Shown: piece after piece, positions 38,379 to 47,895 of the stretch | How positions within the stretch are numbered: position 1 is the first letter of the stretch | Layout: each line of letters begins with the position of its first letter | DNA from: Planctomycetota bacterium | GTDB taxonomy: Bacteria; Planctomycetota; B15-G4 | Assembly: GCA_965248575.1 (NCBI GenBank) | Contig: CBDFJQ010000002.1 | Coordinates: 4,480,001 to 4,544,000 of the forward strand | Reading direction: 5' to 3' | Length of the DNA: 64,000 nt | Program-made: the position numbers and the translations under genes | Notes under the pieces: model-generated | Database searches by the model: none | Told to the model about the DNA's origin: nothing | The model's input: the letters and a program-made list of their open reading frames with translations, nothing else

Positions 38379-40364
38379 ATGTTGGCTGCCTCACTGCTGC
38401 TCTTCGTAGCGAGCTCCACGCCTGCGCTCCTCGGCGTGGGTGCGACGTCCGCGGGCCAGTCGACAAACGGCGCCGGTTGGACGGTGACTCGCATCGATCT
38501 CGATGTTTACGTCCGGCCGGACGAGCAGCGTCTTCAGTGCGACGGTGCCGTGCATCTGCGACTCGACCACCTCGAGCACTCCAACGGACCGACCCTCTAC
38601 CTAAACTTCAAACTGACTGACGCGGGCGACCCGGCCCTGGGCTTCACCGACGTCGAGTGCGACGGCGCCGAGGTCGACATTGGGCAACTCACGAATGCCA
38701 CGACGGATCGAGCGTTTGTCCGCTTCGAGCAGCCCAAGAGTCGCGGAGACGAGATCGAGGTGCGTTTCTCAACGGCGTCGGCCGGACGGGCTTCGCACTT
38801 GATCGTCCACGAGCAGATGGCGATCGCGTCCTGGGTGACGGGCTGGCTCCCCTTCGCGAAGGAGATCCCCACTGCGGCGGCCCTTAGCTTCAACGCCGGT
38901 GTCGCGCAGGCGCCGGGACGCACACGACTGCATCTCCCCCCGACCTGGATCGGCATCCTCGATGGCACGCTCGTCGAGCGCCGTCAGACTGACTCGGAGA
39001 CGGTTGAGATCTGGGAGACGCCCGAGGGCGTCGCTCGAGGGTTCGCCGCTGGGCCGTACACGGTGGTGGTCGAACGGGCGAACGGCCGCGAAGTGCGCGT
39101 CTATATGCTGTCGGTGGACAAGCCCCTCGATCCGCAGCGTCTCGCCCGGCTGATCGCCGACACGATGGCGGCCCAGGAGGCACGCCTCGGGCCCTTTCCT
39201 TTCCCCTCCTACGCCGTCGTCGAGCGGCCTGAGCTGTTGCCCGCCCAGACGTGGTACGCGTCCAGCCAGCAGACCTTCATCATCGCCGCCAGCCGGGCCT
39301 TCGACTACGACCACGGGAACCTGCCTCTGTGGGGGCACGAGATGTCCCACGGCTGGTGGGGGAACACCGTTGGCCCGCGCGGTCCGGGGAGCAAGTGGTG
39401 CGGTGAGTCGCTGGCGCAACTCGGGGCGCTGATCGCGATCGAGTCGCTTGAGGGCCGCGACGCCCTGCACGAATTCTTGGGGTATTCGCGTAGCGGCTCC
39501 AGCGCAGGCCACAGCGCGTCGGGGTACTTCCGGGTGTTGCGCCAGGGCCAGGACTGGCCGCTCGCACGCATGGGGCCAGACACCCTGAGCCACGACCTAT
39601 CCGACTCGAAGGGCGTATGGGTCTACCACATGCTGCGGCAGATCGTTGGCGACGATGTCTTCTTCGACGTGCTCCGCGAAGTGATCACGGAACTGGCCGG
39701 CAGTAATATCTCGGTCGCGGAGATGCGGCAGCGCTTCGTCGAGGCCGCGCCGGAGCACGACCTGACGACATTCTTCGCTCAATGGTTGGACCGCACTGGG
39801 GCGCCGATCTTCGACATTGATTGGTTTGCGAAGACCGACGGGAGCGGCCTCACCCTGACTCTGGCTCAGGTGCAAGCGGGCGCCCCTTTCGTCTTGGCAC
39901 TGGACGTCGAGGTCGAGCTTGCCGATGGGGACCGAGTCGTCAAAACGGTGCAAGTTCGTGAAGGAACGCAAACCTTCGTCGTCGAGACCCCGGCACGGCC
40001 GAAGAGCGTAAGCCTGGACCCCAACTACAAGCTTCTTCTGTGGCGACCAGACTACGGGCCGCGCCCCGGCGACGAGGTCACGGACAAACTGACAGCATCG
40101 GCGGAGGTCCTTGCCGCCGTCGTCGGAACGTACCGAGTGCGCGGCCTTGAGTCAGACGTCACCCTTTTCATGCGCGACGGCTTCCTCTATCTACAGATCG
40201 GCGGAGAGATTGCGGTGCGGCTCATCTATCACAAGGACTCGGTCTTCCGGTTCGACAAGCCCGGGGAACCGAGTCTCGCCGAATTCGACCTGAGCGAGTC
40301 GCCCGCCCCGTTGCTCACGATCAAGATCGGCGCGCGCGAGGTCGTCTCCGATCGCGCCGATTGA
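38379..40364 (+). CDS. Secreted M1-family zinc aminopeptidase
   Basis: HEMSH...GES zinc motif; KGVWVYHMLRQIVGDDVFF; FFAQWL. Confidence 0.85.
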   Translation: MLAASLLLFVASSTPALLGVGATSAGQSTNGAGWTVTRIDLDVYVRPDEQRLQCDGAVHLRLDHLEHSNGPTLYLNFKLTDAGDPALGFTDVECDGAEVDIGQLTNATTDRAFVRFEQPKSRGDEIEVRFSTASAGRASHLIVHEQMAIASWVTGWLPFAKEIPTAAALSFNAGVAQAPGRTRLHLPPTWIGILDGTLVERRQTDSETVEIWETPEGVARGFAAGPYTVVVERANGREVRVYMLSVDKPLDPQRLARLIADTMAAQEARLGPFPFPSYAVVERPELLPAQTWYASSQQTFIIAASRAFDYDHGNLPLWGHEMSHGWWGNTVGPRGPGSKWCGESLAQLGALIAIESLEGRDALHEFLGYSRSGSSAGHSASGYFRVLRQGQDWPLARMGPDTLSHDLSDSKGVWVYHMLRQIVGDDVFFDVLREVITELAGSNISVAEMRQRFVEAAPEHDLTTFFAQWLDRTGAPIFDIDWFAKTDGSGLTLTLAQVQAGAPFVLALDVEVELADGDRVVKTVQVREGTQTFVVETPARPKSVSLDPNYKLLLWRPDYGPRPGDEVTDKLTASAEVLAAVVGTYRVRGLESDVTLFMRDGFLYLQIGGEIAVRLIYHKDSVFRFDKPGEPSLAEFDLSESPAPLLTIKIGAREVVSDRAD

Positions 40365-40446
40365 AGAAATTGATCCCGCGCCCCCGAGGGACTGTTGACC
40401 GGGACAACCATCCGAGAACCGCTACGACCACCCACTGGAGAGAATC

Positions 40447-41079
40447 ATGACCTCAACCGTTACGTGCACTGACCTCGCATCGCCTGGACGGCGCTGGCGT
40501 CCATCGCCGAGGATCATGCTGGCTTCTCTGGCATGCATGTTCATCGGCGTCTTCCTGGCTGCAGCACCGGTGCAGGAGGATGACACGCCCAAGGGTTTGG
40601 ACGTGATCAGGACGATGGCCATGTACCTCACCGGCGGCACGGGACAGTGGATAGCGCCCTATCCATCTGACGGAGACGAAGACCTACCGGATGCGGTGGG
40701 GCTCTGGTTTGAACTCACGGCACAGAGTCACGTGCTGGAGTTGACGGTCGTGTTTCACTACGGCGACGAGGTTCAGCCCCACTCAAAGAGCTACTGGTTC
40801 TGGCACCCTGGGCGTCGTGAAGTCCAGTATCACGAAGTGAGCCCCGGTGGCAGCATCCGGATGGGCACGACACACTTCAGTGATGAGCGGACGTTCGTCA
40901 CACTCACGGACGCGATTGCGGCAGATGGGACGACGACGCCCAGTCGCGGGGACAATATCATCTTGGGCGAGGACGAGCATGTCACGACGGCGTTTGTCCT
41001 GAACGCAGCAGGAGAGTGGGACGAGAGTATGCAGCACACTTGGAAACGTGTCCCTGAGTCTGAACGGAAGAGCAAGTAG
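40447..41079 (+). CDS. Secreted hypothetical beta-barrel-like protein
   Basis: Signal-like segment; coding-like composition; GGAG RBS. Confidence 0.6.
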   Translation: MTSTVTCTDLASPGRRWRPSPRIMLASLACMFIGVFLAAAPVQEDDTPKGLDVIRTMAMYLTGGTGQWIAPYPSDGDEDLPDAVGLWFELTAQSHVLELTVVFHYGDEVQPHSKSYWFWHPGRREVQYHEVSPGGSIRMGTTHFSDERTFVTLTDAIAADGTTTPSRGDNIILGEDEHVTTAFVLNAAGEWDESMQHTWKRVPESERKSK

Positions 41080-41149
41080 GACGTGGCATGCAGCGGGAGG
41101 CTTGCCAATGGTCCGTGATGACCATGGGGGGGGCGCATCACCTCGCCCC

Positions 41150-41307
41150 CGCTCCTCGCGCACACCACCTGCGACGATCCCTTCCCCAGTGCCGGCCCGA
41201 CCGAGTTCGGGGTCTCCGCCGAGACCCTTGAAGAATTCACGGCCAGCGTCTCCGACTGGGTGGAGGCCGGCGATCACTTTGGCGCCGAGGTGCTCGTCAT
41301 CGAGGAG
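41150..41307 (+). pseudogene. Fragment copy of the serine hydrolase 5' region (43681-43838)
   Basis: 158-bp colinear diverged match. Confidence 0.85.
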
Positions 41308-41391
41308 CGCCGCTCTGAGATGACCCTCCCAAACCTCCAAGCGCAAGACCGTCGATCAAGAGTCAACCTAACCATTTGATAGGAGTTCCCC

Positions 41392-43194
41392 ATGAAACGA
41401 TTCATGATCACGCTGGCGCTCAGCCTGCTGGTTGCCTCCTCCGTTGCGCTCGGCCAAGAAGCCGACCAACCTCTCCCGAAGGAGGCGAGAGAGAGACTCG
41501 ACTACGCGATCGGCAGCTGGACTTCGCGCACCGAGTCCATCGGCCTGGACGGCGAGGTGAGAGGTATCAGTTTCTCTGACAGTGAACGAAAGTTTATCGA
41601 CGGCGATCGTGTGGTCGAGATCTCGGTCGTCGACAGGGCGAGTGGCGATGTGTGCCGTGCCTGGGAGTTCTACGATCCGAAGGAGGGGAAGTACTGCCAC
41701 ACGTCGATCACCGGAGGCGGGCAACTGACAGCGATGAGAGGCGATCTCGGCGATCTCTTTCGTTGGACGTCCGATGACCAGGAAGACTCAGACGGTTCGA
41801 CCATGGCCATGAGATTCACTCATTCGGACTTCAAGCCAAACTCGTTCGCGGCCCTAGGGGAGTACTCGCTCGACAGCGGAAAGACCTGGCGAGTGTTCTC
41901 TCGGCAGTTCTTGACTCGGCAAACTTCTGCTGAAGATGCTGACAAAGAAGGCAAGCCCGGCGAGCCGGTGCAGTCCGCCGCCGCGCCAGCAGAGGACCAC
42001 GAGTACTACGGCACCCTGACCTTCGAAGATGGCCAGCAGCTCACGGGTGGACCTTCCCTAGAGACCGGTCTGATGATCTACATGGATGCTCTTGGGACTC
42101 AAGAGGTAGTCAAGCTTCAACTGACTGGCGAAGCCACGATGGCCTCCGGCGGATCCGGTCCACAGGTGGGATGGTCGCGCGATGACCACGGCACGCTCGT
42201 CGCAGCCGAATTCCTCTACGGCGACGGCCGCGAGCGCACGGCCCGCTTCAAGGGGACACGCTCCGAACCGATCGAGATCGAGAACGAAGGCGACCGCATC
42301 CGCGGTCGACTGCACCTACCCACCGGCGACGGTCCACACCCGGCTATCGTGCTGATCCACGGTTCGGGGGATTGCTCTGCCCGCTGGGGTACGTTCGTGA
42401 GCTTCTTCGTCGATCTCGGAATCGCCGTCGTCGCGTACGACAAGCGCGGCGTGGGGGTGTCCGAAGGCGACTGGCGCGAGGGGAGCTACGAGGTGCTCGC
42501 CGAAGATGCGGCTCGTTTCGTCGATGCTCTGGGTGACCGCCCCGACATCGACCGCAAGCGCATCGGACTGATGGGTCACAGTGAGGGCGGCTACGTCGCG
42601 CCCATCACGGCGGCGAAGAGGAAGCAGGTCGCATTCGTTCTGGTTCGCGTTGGCCCGGCCGTCCCCTTTCCCGACGTCGTTCAGTATCAGAACCGCGATA
42701 TCGCCAGCATGAGAGGGAGGAGCGAAAAAGAACTGGCGGCGTGGGATCAACTCTACCAGCTAGTCACCGACGGCATACGCAACAGCGAATCGTACGAGGC
42801 GATGCAGAAGAATCTAGAGCCGCTCCGGACGCAAGGCTGGTTGCCTGGATGGAGCCCGAGCGGCGACCTGCTGGACCAGTTTCTGGCCGAGTGGGACTTC
42901 TATGTCCGTAACGCCAATCACAGCCCGGCGGAGTACCTGTCGACTCTGCGCGCACCGGTTTTGTGGTTCTTGGGTGAGACCGACATGAACGTGGAGACGG
43001 CGACCACTGTGGCTGTGCTGGACAAATCTCTCGTGAAGCACCCAGATGCAACGGTCGTGGTGCTACCGAACATCGATCACAAGTTCGTTGTGAGAAGCGA
43101 AGAAGGATCCGTCCGTTACGCCCCAGGTTTCTTTGATCGCATGAAAGAGTGGTTGTCCATCCGGGGTTTGACCGGGGCTGCTGCGGTCCGTTGA
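41392..43194 (+). CDS. Secreted alpha/beta hydrolase with N-terminal beta-barrel (DUF1579-like) domain
   Basis: Signal peptide; HGSG, YDKRG, GHSEGG nucleophile, GETD, NIDH; AGGAG RBS. Confidence 0.88.
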   Translation: MKRFMITLALSLLVASSVALGQEADQPLPKEARERLDYAIGSWTSRTESIGLDGEVRGISFSDSERKFIDGDRVVEISVVDRASGDVCRAWEFYDPKEGKYCHTSITGGGQLTAMRGDLGDLFRWTSDDQEDSDGSTMAMRFTHSDFKPNSFAALGEYSLDSGKTWRVFSRQFLTRQTSAEDADKEGKPGEPVQSAAAPAEDHEYYGTLTFEDGQQLTGGPSLETGLMIYMDALGTQEVVKLQLTGEATMASGGSGPQVGWSRDDHGTLVAAEFLYGDGRERTARFKGTRSEPIEIENEGDRIRGRLHLPTGDGPHPAIVLIHGSGDCSARWGTFVSFFVDLGIAVVAYDKRGVGVSEGDWREGSYEVLAEDAARFVDALGDRPDIDRKRIGLMGHSEGGYVAPITAAKRKQVAFVLVRVGPAVPFPDVVQYQNRDIASMRGRSEKELAAWDQLYQLVTDGIRNSESYEAMQKNLEPLRTQGWLPGWSPSGDLLDQFLAEWDFYVRNANHSPAEYLSTLRAPVLWFLGETDMNVETATTVAVLDKSLVKHPDATVVVLPNIDHKFVVRSEEGSVRYAPGFFDRMKEWLSIRGLTGAAAVR

Positions 43195-43315
43195 TCTCAG
43201 GCCACGAGCTCCAGCCCGATCGCTATTGCTCATGTCTTGCAGCTTGGCTGGTCGCGTTCTCTGGCGCCGGGCGGCCCTGGGTCGTTACCGCCCCAGTCCG
43301 TCGCTCAGGGCCGGA

Positions 43316-43597
43316 GGACAGCCCCCTCAAACCGTCACGTCTCTCCCGGTTGTTCGCCAGCCTATGGCGGCTCAGGAGGCACGTTGCGGGCCCCTTCCTT
43401 TCTCCTCCTATGCCGTCGTCGAGCGCCCCGCATTGTTGCCCGCCCAGACGTGGGACGCGTCTAACCAGCAGTCCTTCATCATCGCGGACACCCGGGCCCT
43501 CGACTACGACAACGGGAACGTGGAGCTGTGGGGACACGAGATGTCCCACGGCAGGTGACACCGTTTCGTCGCGCGGTCCGGGAACAAGTGATGCGGT
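43316..43597 (+). pseudogene. Fragment copy of the M1 peptidase catalytic region (39116-39404)
   Basis: Diverged nucleotide match with indels; retains WGHEMSHG followed by a stop. Confidence 0.85.
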
Positions 43598-43622
43598 CAA
43601 GACACCCAAGCGGAATACCCCC

Positions 43623-44843
43623 ATGAAACTCGAGACCCTTCCCGCCCTCGCCGCCGTGGCGCTCGCCCTTGCCACCGCGCCGCTCCTCGCGCACACCACC
43701 GGCGACGATCCCTTCCCCAGCGCCGACCCGACCGAGCTCGGGGTCTCCGCCGAGACCCTCGACGAACTCAGGGCCGCCGTCTCCGGCTGGGTCGAGGCCG
43801 GCGATCCCGTCGGCGCGGAGGTGCTCGTCATCAAGGAGGGGCGCACGATCTTCCACGAGACCTTCGGTTGGAAGGACCGCGAGCGCGAGGTCCCGATGGA
43901 GAAACACTCCATCGCACGCATCCGCTCGATGACCAAGCCCTTAGTCGGCACGAGCATCCTCATGCTGCGAGAGAAGGGCGAGCTCGCCCTAGACGACCTC
44001 GTGTCGAAGTACATTCCCGCCTGGGACACCGATGTCTGTCGCGACATCCGGATCGAGCAGCTCCTCACCCACACCGCCGGCTTCAGCCAGCCCGGCTACA
44101 CCGGCAGCCTGGAGTCGTACGCGAACCTGCGCGACCTCGTCGATGCGACCGGATCCGCGGGGCCGCAGATGACGCCCGGCGAGCAGTACAACTACAGCGA
44201 TGCCGACACCGCGACCCTCGGGTGCATCGTCGCAGAGCTCTCCGGCATGCCCGTCGAGGACTTCATCCAGAAGAACTTCTTCGACGTGCTCGGCATGACG
44301 AGCAGCATGTGCAACCTCTCCACCGACGATCCGCGGCGGCCGCGGGTCTCCAGCACCTACCGGGCGAGTGGTACGACGTTCCGGCGCTACTGGAACAACA
44401 CCCAGGCCCAGAGCCTGCCGTACTTCCGGGCGTGTGGTGGGATCTACTCGACGCCGATGGACTACGCACGCTTCCTCGACTTGTGGATGCAGGGCGGCGT
44501 GCGAGAAGGCGAGCGCTTCCTGCCCGAGAGCGTCGTGCGCGACGCGCTGCGCGTGACGCCAGACAGCGCCGAGGCGGCGCGTCTGGATAGGGGCGGAACC
44601 GGTGGGATCGGCTACGGCTGGCACTGGCAGGTTCCGGTCGTCGTCGGCGGGGCTTCCGACGACGAGTCCGAGATCCTCCCCGATTTCGGCCACGGCGGCT
44701 CCGACGGCACCATCGCCATGGCGTTCCCGCGCGAGCGGGTCATGGCCTTCTACTTCACCCAGAGCCGCGGCGGGCAGACGGTCGGGAGCTTCATGCGGCT
44801 CATCACCAACGATCGGTTCAATCGGTTTGGCGAGAAGCGCTAG
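43623..44843 (+). CDS. Secreted serine hydrolase, beta-lactamase family (paralog of the 627-2762 N-terminal half)
   Basis: SMTKP, LLTHTAG, YSD, FGHGGSDGT, YFTQSRG shared with the 627 gene. Confidence 0.9.
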   Translation: MKLETLPALAAVALALATAPLLAHTTGDDPFPSADPTELGVSAETLDELRAAVSGWVEAGDPVGAEVLVIKEGRTIFHETFGWKDREREVPMEKHSIARIRSMTKPLVGTSILMLREKGELALDDLVSKYIPAWDTDVCRDIRIEQLLTHTAGFSQPGYTGSLESYANLRDLVDATGSAGPQMTPGEQYNYSDADTATLGCIVAELSGMPVEDFIQKNFFDVLGMTSSMCNLSTDDPRRPRVSSTYRASGTTFRRYWNNTQAQSLPYFRACGGIYSTPMDYARFLDLWMQGGVREGERFLPESVVRDALRVTPDSAEAARLDRGGTGGIGYGWHWQVPVVVGGASDDESEILPDFGHGGSDGTIAMAFPRERVMAFYFTQSRGGQTVGSFMRLITNDRFNRFGEKR

Positions 44844-44935
44844 TTTCAGCGGCTGCGCGTTGCGCAGATGGTCCCCGGCTCTTGGCCACTCTTGGTCGAG
44901 TGGTTGGAGCAACGGAATTGAGAGTGAGGTTTCAA

Positions 44936-46024
44936 ATGCAGACAACCACACGTTGGCCGTTCGTCCTGCGGTCTCTTCTGTCGTTCGTGGCGTTCGCTGT
45001 GCTGCCGGCAACCAGCCAGGCGCAGGGCGAGTTGATCGTCGAGACCCTGCACGGCCGCTCGCTCGAGGGCAGCGTGACCGGCGAGTCCGCAGATCGTACG
45101 GTCGCCGTCTACTTGCCACCGTCCTATTCCAACTCGGCGGAGCGGCGCTATCCCGTGCTCTATCTCTTGCACGGGATCGGTGGCACGCATGCCGATTGGA
45201 TCGGACCCGGTTCGACGGATCGTACTTGGGGGACGATTCAGGGGATTCTGGACCGTGGCATCGCGCTGGGGCGCATAGCCGAGATGATCGTGGTGACCTC
45301 GGACCAGCTCACACGCGGTGGTGGCAGCTTCTACACGAACTCCGAGGTGACGGGGAACTGGGAGGACTTCACCGTCTTCGATCTGGTTGGCTACGTCGAC
45401 GCGACCTATCGAACGTTGGCCAGGGCGGAGAGCCGCGGAATCGCTGGGCATTCCATGGGCGGTTATGGCGCGCTCAAGCTCGGTATGCTGCACCCCGACG
45501 TGTATCAGGTCGTGTACGGCATGAATTCGGGGGTCCTTGGGTTCGCCGGCGATCTGCTACCGGAGAACACCGCGTTCGAGCGCGCGATCGACGCAGATCC
45601 TGCGAAGCTGAACCCACGGGTCGAAGTCTGGGTGCCTACCATCTGGTGCGTCGCCCAGGCTTTCTCGCCGAATGCGGGTCATGCGCCGTTCTTCGCGGAT
45701 CTTCCCTACGCCGTCGTCGATGGGATCCTGCAGCCCACACCTGCCTTTGAGCGTTGGAAGAGCGAGATGCTGCTCTACACCGTCGCGGACCATCGCGACA
45801 GTCTCTTGGCTCTGAAGGCGATCCGCTTCGACTCGGGCCGCTATGACGAATACACGCACATCGCGCCGACTAACCTCGCGCTCTCCGAGAAGCTGGTAGA
45901 GCTAGCGGTTCCGCACGTCTTCGAGGACTACAACGGAGACCACCGCGACCGTCTGTGGGGTGAGGAGGGGCGCCTGGCAACCGAAGTCTTGCCGTTCTTC
46001 TCGCGTCAGTTGGTCGTCGAGTGA
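44936..46024 (+). CDS. Secreted putative esterase (PF00756-like)
   Basis: VYLPPSY..RYPVLYLLHG, GHSMGGYG, YNGDH. Confidence 0.9.
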   Translation: MQTTTRWPFVLRSLLSFVAFAVLPATSQAQGELIVETLHGRSLEGSVTGESADRTVAVYLPPSYSNSAERRYPVLYLLHGIGGTHADWIGPGSTDRTWGTIQGILDRGIALGRIAEMIVVTSDQLTRGGGSFYTNSEVTGNWEDFTVFDLVGYVDATYRTLARAESRGIAGHSMGGYGALKLGMLHPDVYQVVYGMNSGVLGFAGDLLPENTAFERAIDADPAKLNPRVEVWVPTIWCVAQAFSPNAGHAPFFADLPYAVVDGILQPTPAFERWKSEMLLYTVADHRDSLLALKAIRFDSGRYDEYTHIAPTNLALSEKLVELAVPHVFEDYNGDHRDRLWGEEGRLATEVLPFFSRQLVVE

Positions 46025-46035
46025 GGTACGCGCCC

Positions 46036-46234
46036 ATGAAACTTGAGATCCTCGAAGATCTCAGGACCACCGTCTCCGACTGGATCGAGGCTGGCGATCC
46101 CGTCGGCGCCGAGGTGCTCGGCATGATGAGCAGGATGTGCCACCTCTCCACCGACGAGCCGCGGCGGGCAGACGGTCGGAAGGTTCATGCGGCTCATTGG
46201 CAATCAGTTCAATCGGTTCGGCGAGCAACGCTGA
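46036..46234 (+). pseudogene. Shortened start-to-stop copy of the 43623-44843 gene
   Basis: Four colinear segments joined at microhomologies CGAGACCCT, GTGCTCG and CCGCGGCGG. Confidence 0.85.
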
Positions 46235-46270
46235 CGAAGCGCTCGCTGCCGACCGGGCCAGACAACAGGG

Positions 46271-47695
46271 CTAGCTCACACAGGCCTCGGTGGAGTTCGC
46301 ATGGCGGGCGAGCGCCGTGCGTTCAAAATCCGCCTGGAAGTGTCGCAGGACAGGCGGCGCTTTCGTGATCTCCACACCCTGTACAGCATGGCGCCGGTCC
46401 CACACACGGCGCACGATCTCGATCACATAGTCCATATGGCTCTGGGTGTAGGTGCGACGCGGGATCGCCAGCCGCACGAGCTCCTGCTTGGCGGGAATCT
46501 CCGCGCCCGTGTCAGGGTCTGTGCGTGCCAGCATCACGCTGCCGATTTCGCAACTGCGCAGGCCTCCCTCGAGATAAAGCTCGATCGCCAAAGCCTGTCC
46601 GGGGTAGCTCGAGCGGGGCAGATGCTCCAGAAAACGCGCTGCATCCAGAAAGATCGCGTGCCCACCATGAGGCACGACCACCGGCACGCCCGACTCAGCC
46701 AAGCGTTCCACCACATAGCGAATGCTCGCTTCGCGATAGGCGAGATAGCTCTCGTCCACCACCTCGCGCAAACCCTGGGCAACGGCCTCCAGGTCCCGCC
46801 CCGACATGCCACCGTAGGTCGGAAAGCCCTCGGTGACCACCAATCGACAGCGCAAGTCCGTGGCCAATTCGGCATCGCGCACCGCCAAGAAACCGCCAAT
46901 GTTGGCCAAGCCATCCTTCTTTGCGCTCATGGTGCAGCCATCGGCGTACTTGAACATCTCAAGTGCCAACTCGCTCACGCTGTATTCGGCAAGCGATGGC
47001 TCGCGGCGTTTCAGGAGGAAGGCGTTCTCGGCGAAGCGACAGGCATCCATGAACAACGGAATCTTCTCCGCGTCGCACAGCGCCCGCACGGCCCGCAGGT
47101 TCTCCAGAGAGACGGGCTGCCCGCCACATGCGTTGTTTGTCACCGTCATGATCACGAAGGGCACGTTCCCCCTGTGTTCCACCAGAATCGACTTGAGCCG
47201 CGCCAGGTCCATGTTGCCCTTGAAGGCGAAGCGCTGCTGCGTGTCATCGTTCTCTGCACACGGCAAGTCGAGGGCCACTCCGCCCGCATCCTCGATGTTG
47301 GCGCGGGTCGTGTCGAAGTGCGTGTTGTTTGGCACCACGTGACCGGGCCGCACCAGCGCCTGGAACAACAGGTGCTCTGCAGCGCGCCCTTGGTGCGTGG
47401 GGATGACGTGCTCGAACCCGAAGAGATCCTGCACGGCCTGCTCGAAGCGCTTGAAGCTCGGCGAGCCGGCGTAGGATTCGTCGCCAAGCATCAAAGCCGC
47501 CCACTGGGCGCTGCTCATGGCGCCCGTCCCACTGTCCGTAAGCAGGTCAATCATCACATCGTTGGATGCCAGCTTGAACAGGTTGTTCCGGGCAGTTCGC
47601 AGGCAAGCTTTGCGCTGCTCACGATCCGTGATGCGGATCGGTTCCACACTCTTGATGCGAAAAGGCTCGATGATGGGTAGTCCACGCGAAGACAT
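46271..47695 (-). CDS. tnaA: Tryptophanase (PLP beta-eliminating lyase)
   Basis: EPFRIKSVE, DLLTDSGT, PTHQGRAAE, MSAKKD (PLP Lys), EGFPTYGG; LRHF rather than the TPL-type LRFF. Confidence 0.85.
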   Translation of the reverse strand: MSSRGLPIIEPFRIKSVEPIRITDREQRKACLRTARNNLFKLASNDVMIDLLTDSGTGAMSSAQWAALMLGDESYAGSPSFKRFEQAVQDLFGFEHVIPTHQGRAAEHLLFQALVRPGHVVPNNTHFDTTRANIEDAGGVALDLPCAENDDTQQRFAFKGNMDLARLKSILVEHRGNVPFVIMTVTNNACGGQPVSLENLRAVRALCDAEKIPLFMDACRFAENAFLLKRREPSLAEYSVSELALEMFKYADGCTMSAKKDGLANIGGFLAVRDAELATDLRCRLVVTEGFPTYGGMSGRDLEAVAQGLREVVDESYLAYREASIRYVVERLAESGVPVVVPHGGHAIFLDAARFLEHLPRSSYPGQALAIELYLEGGLRSCEIGSVMLARTDPDTGAEIPAKQELVRLAIPRRTYTQSHMDYVIEIVRRVWDRRHAVQGVEITKAPPVLRHFQADFERTALARHANSTEACVS

Positions 47696-47895
47696 GGGAA
47701 GCGGTTCCCTTCCGTTCTGTACGGCTCTGAGGGCTCAGGAGCACTGTGGCATGCGTCGCCCCGTCGTCATGCACCACTGATCTTTCAAAGCCCCGTGGAA
47801 ACGGCCGACGCGAAGAAGTGCTTAGTTGACCAGCGTTCAATGCGTAGGCGCTCAGACTGCGCATGGAACGCGCGAAAAATCCCTAGTCTGCTGCC

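Noticed and set aside
36659..46234. Diverged repeat pairs as DGR template/variable regions
   Set aside because: Differences are not adenine-specific, include indels, and no reverse transcriptase is present in the window
46271..47695. Tyrosine phenol-lyase call
   Set aside because: SAKKD and LRHF fit tryptophanase better than TPL (SGKKD, LRFF); not fully excluded without phylogeny
47826..47840. TTGAC-CAGCG-TTCAA as an FNR box
   Set aside because: Spacer is 5 bp rather than 4 and half-sites are imperfect
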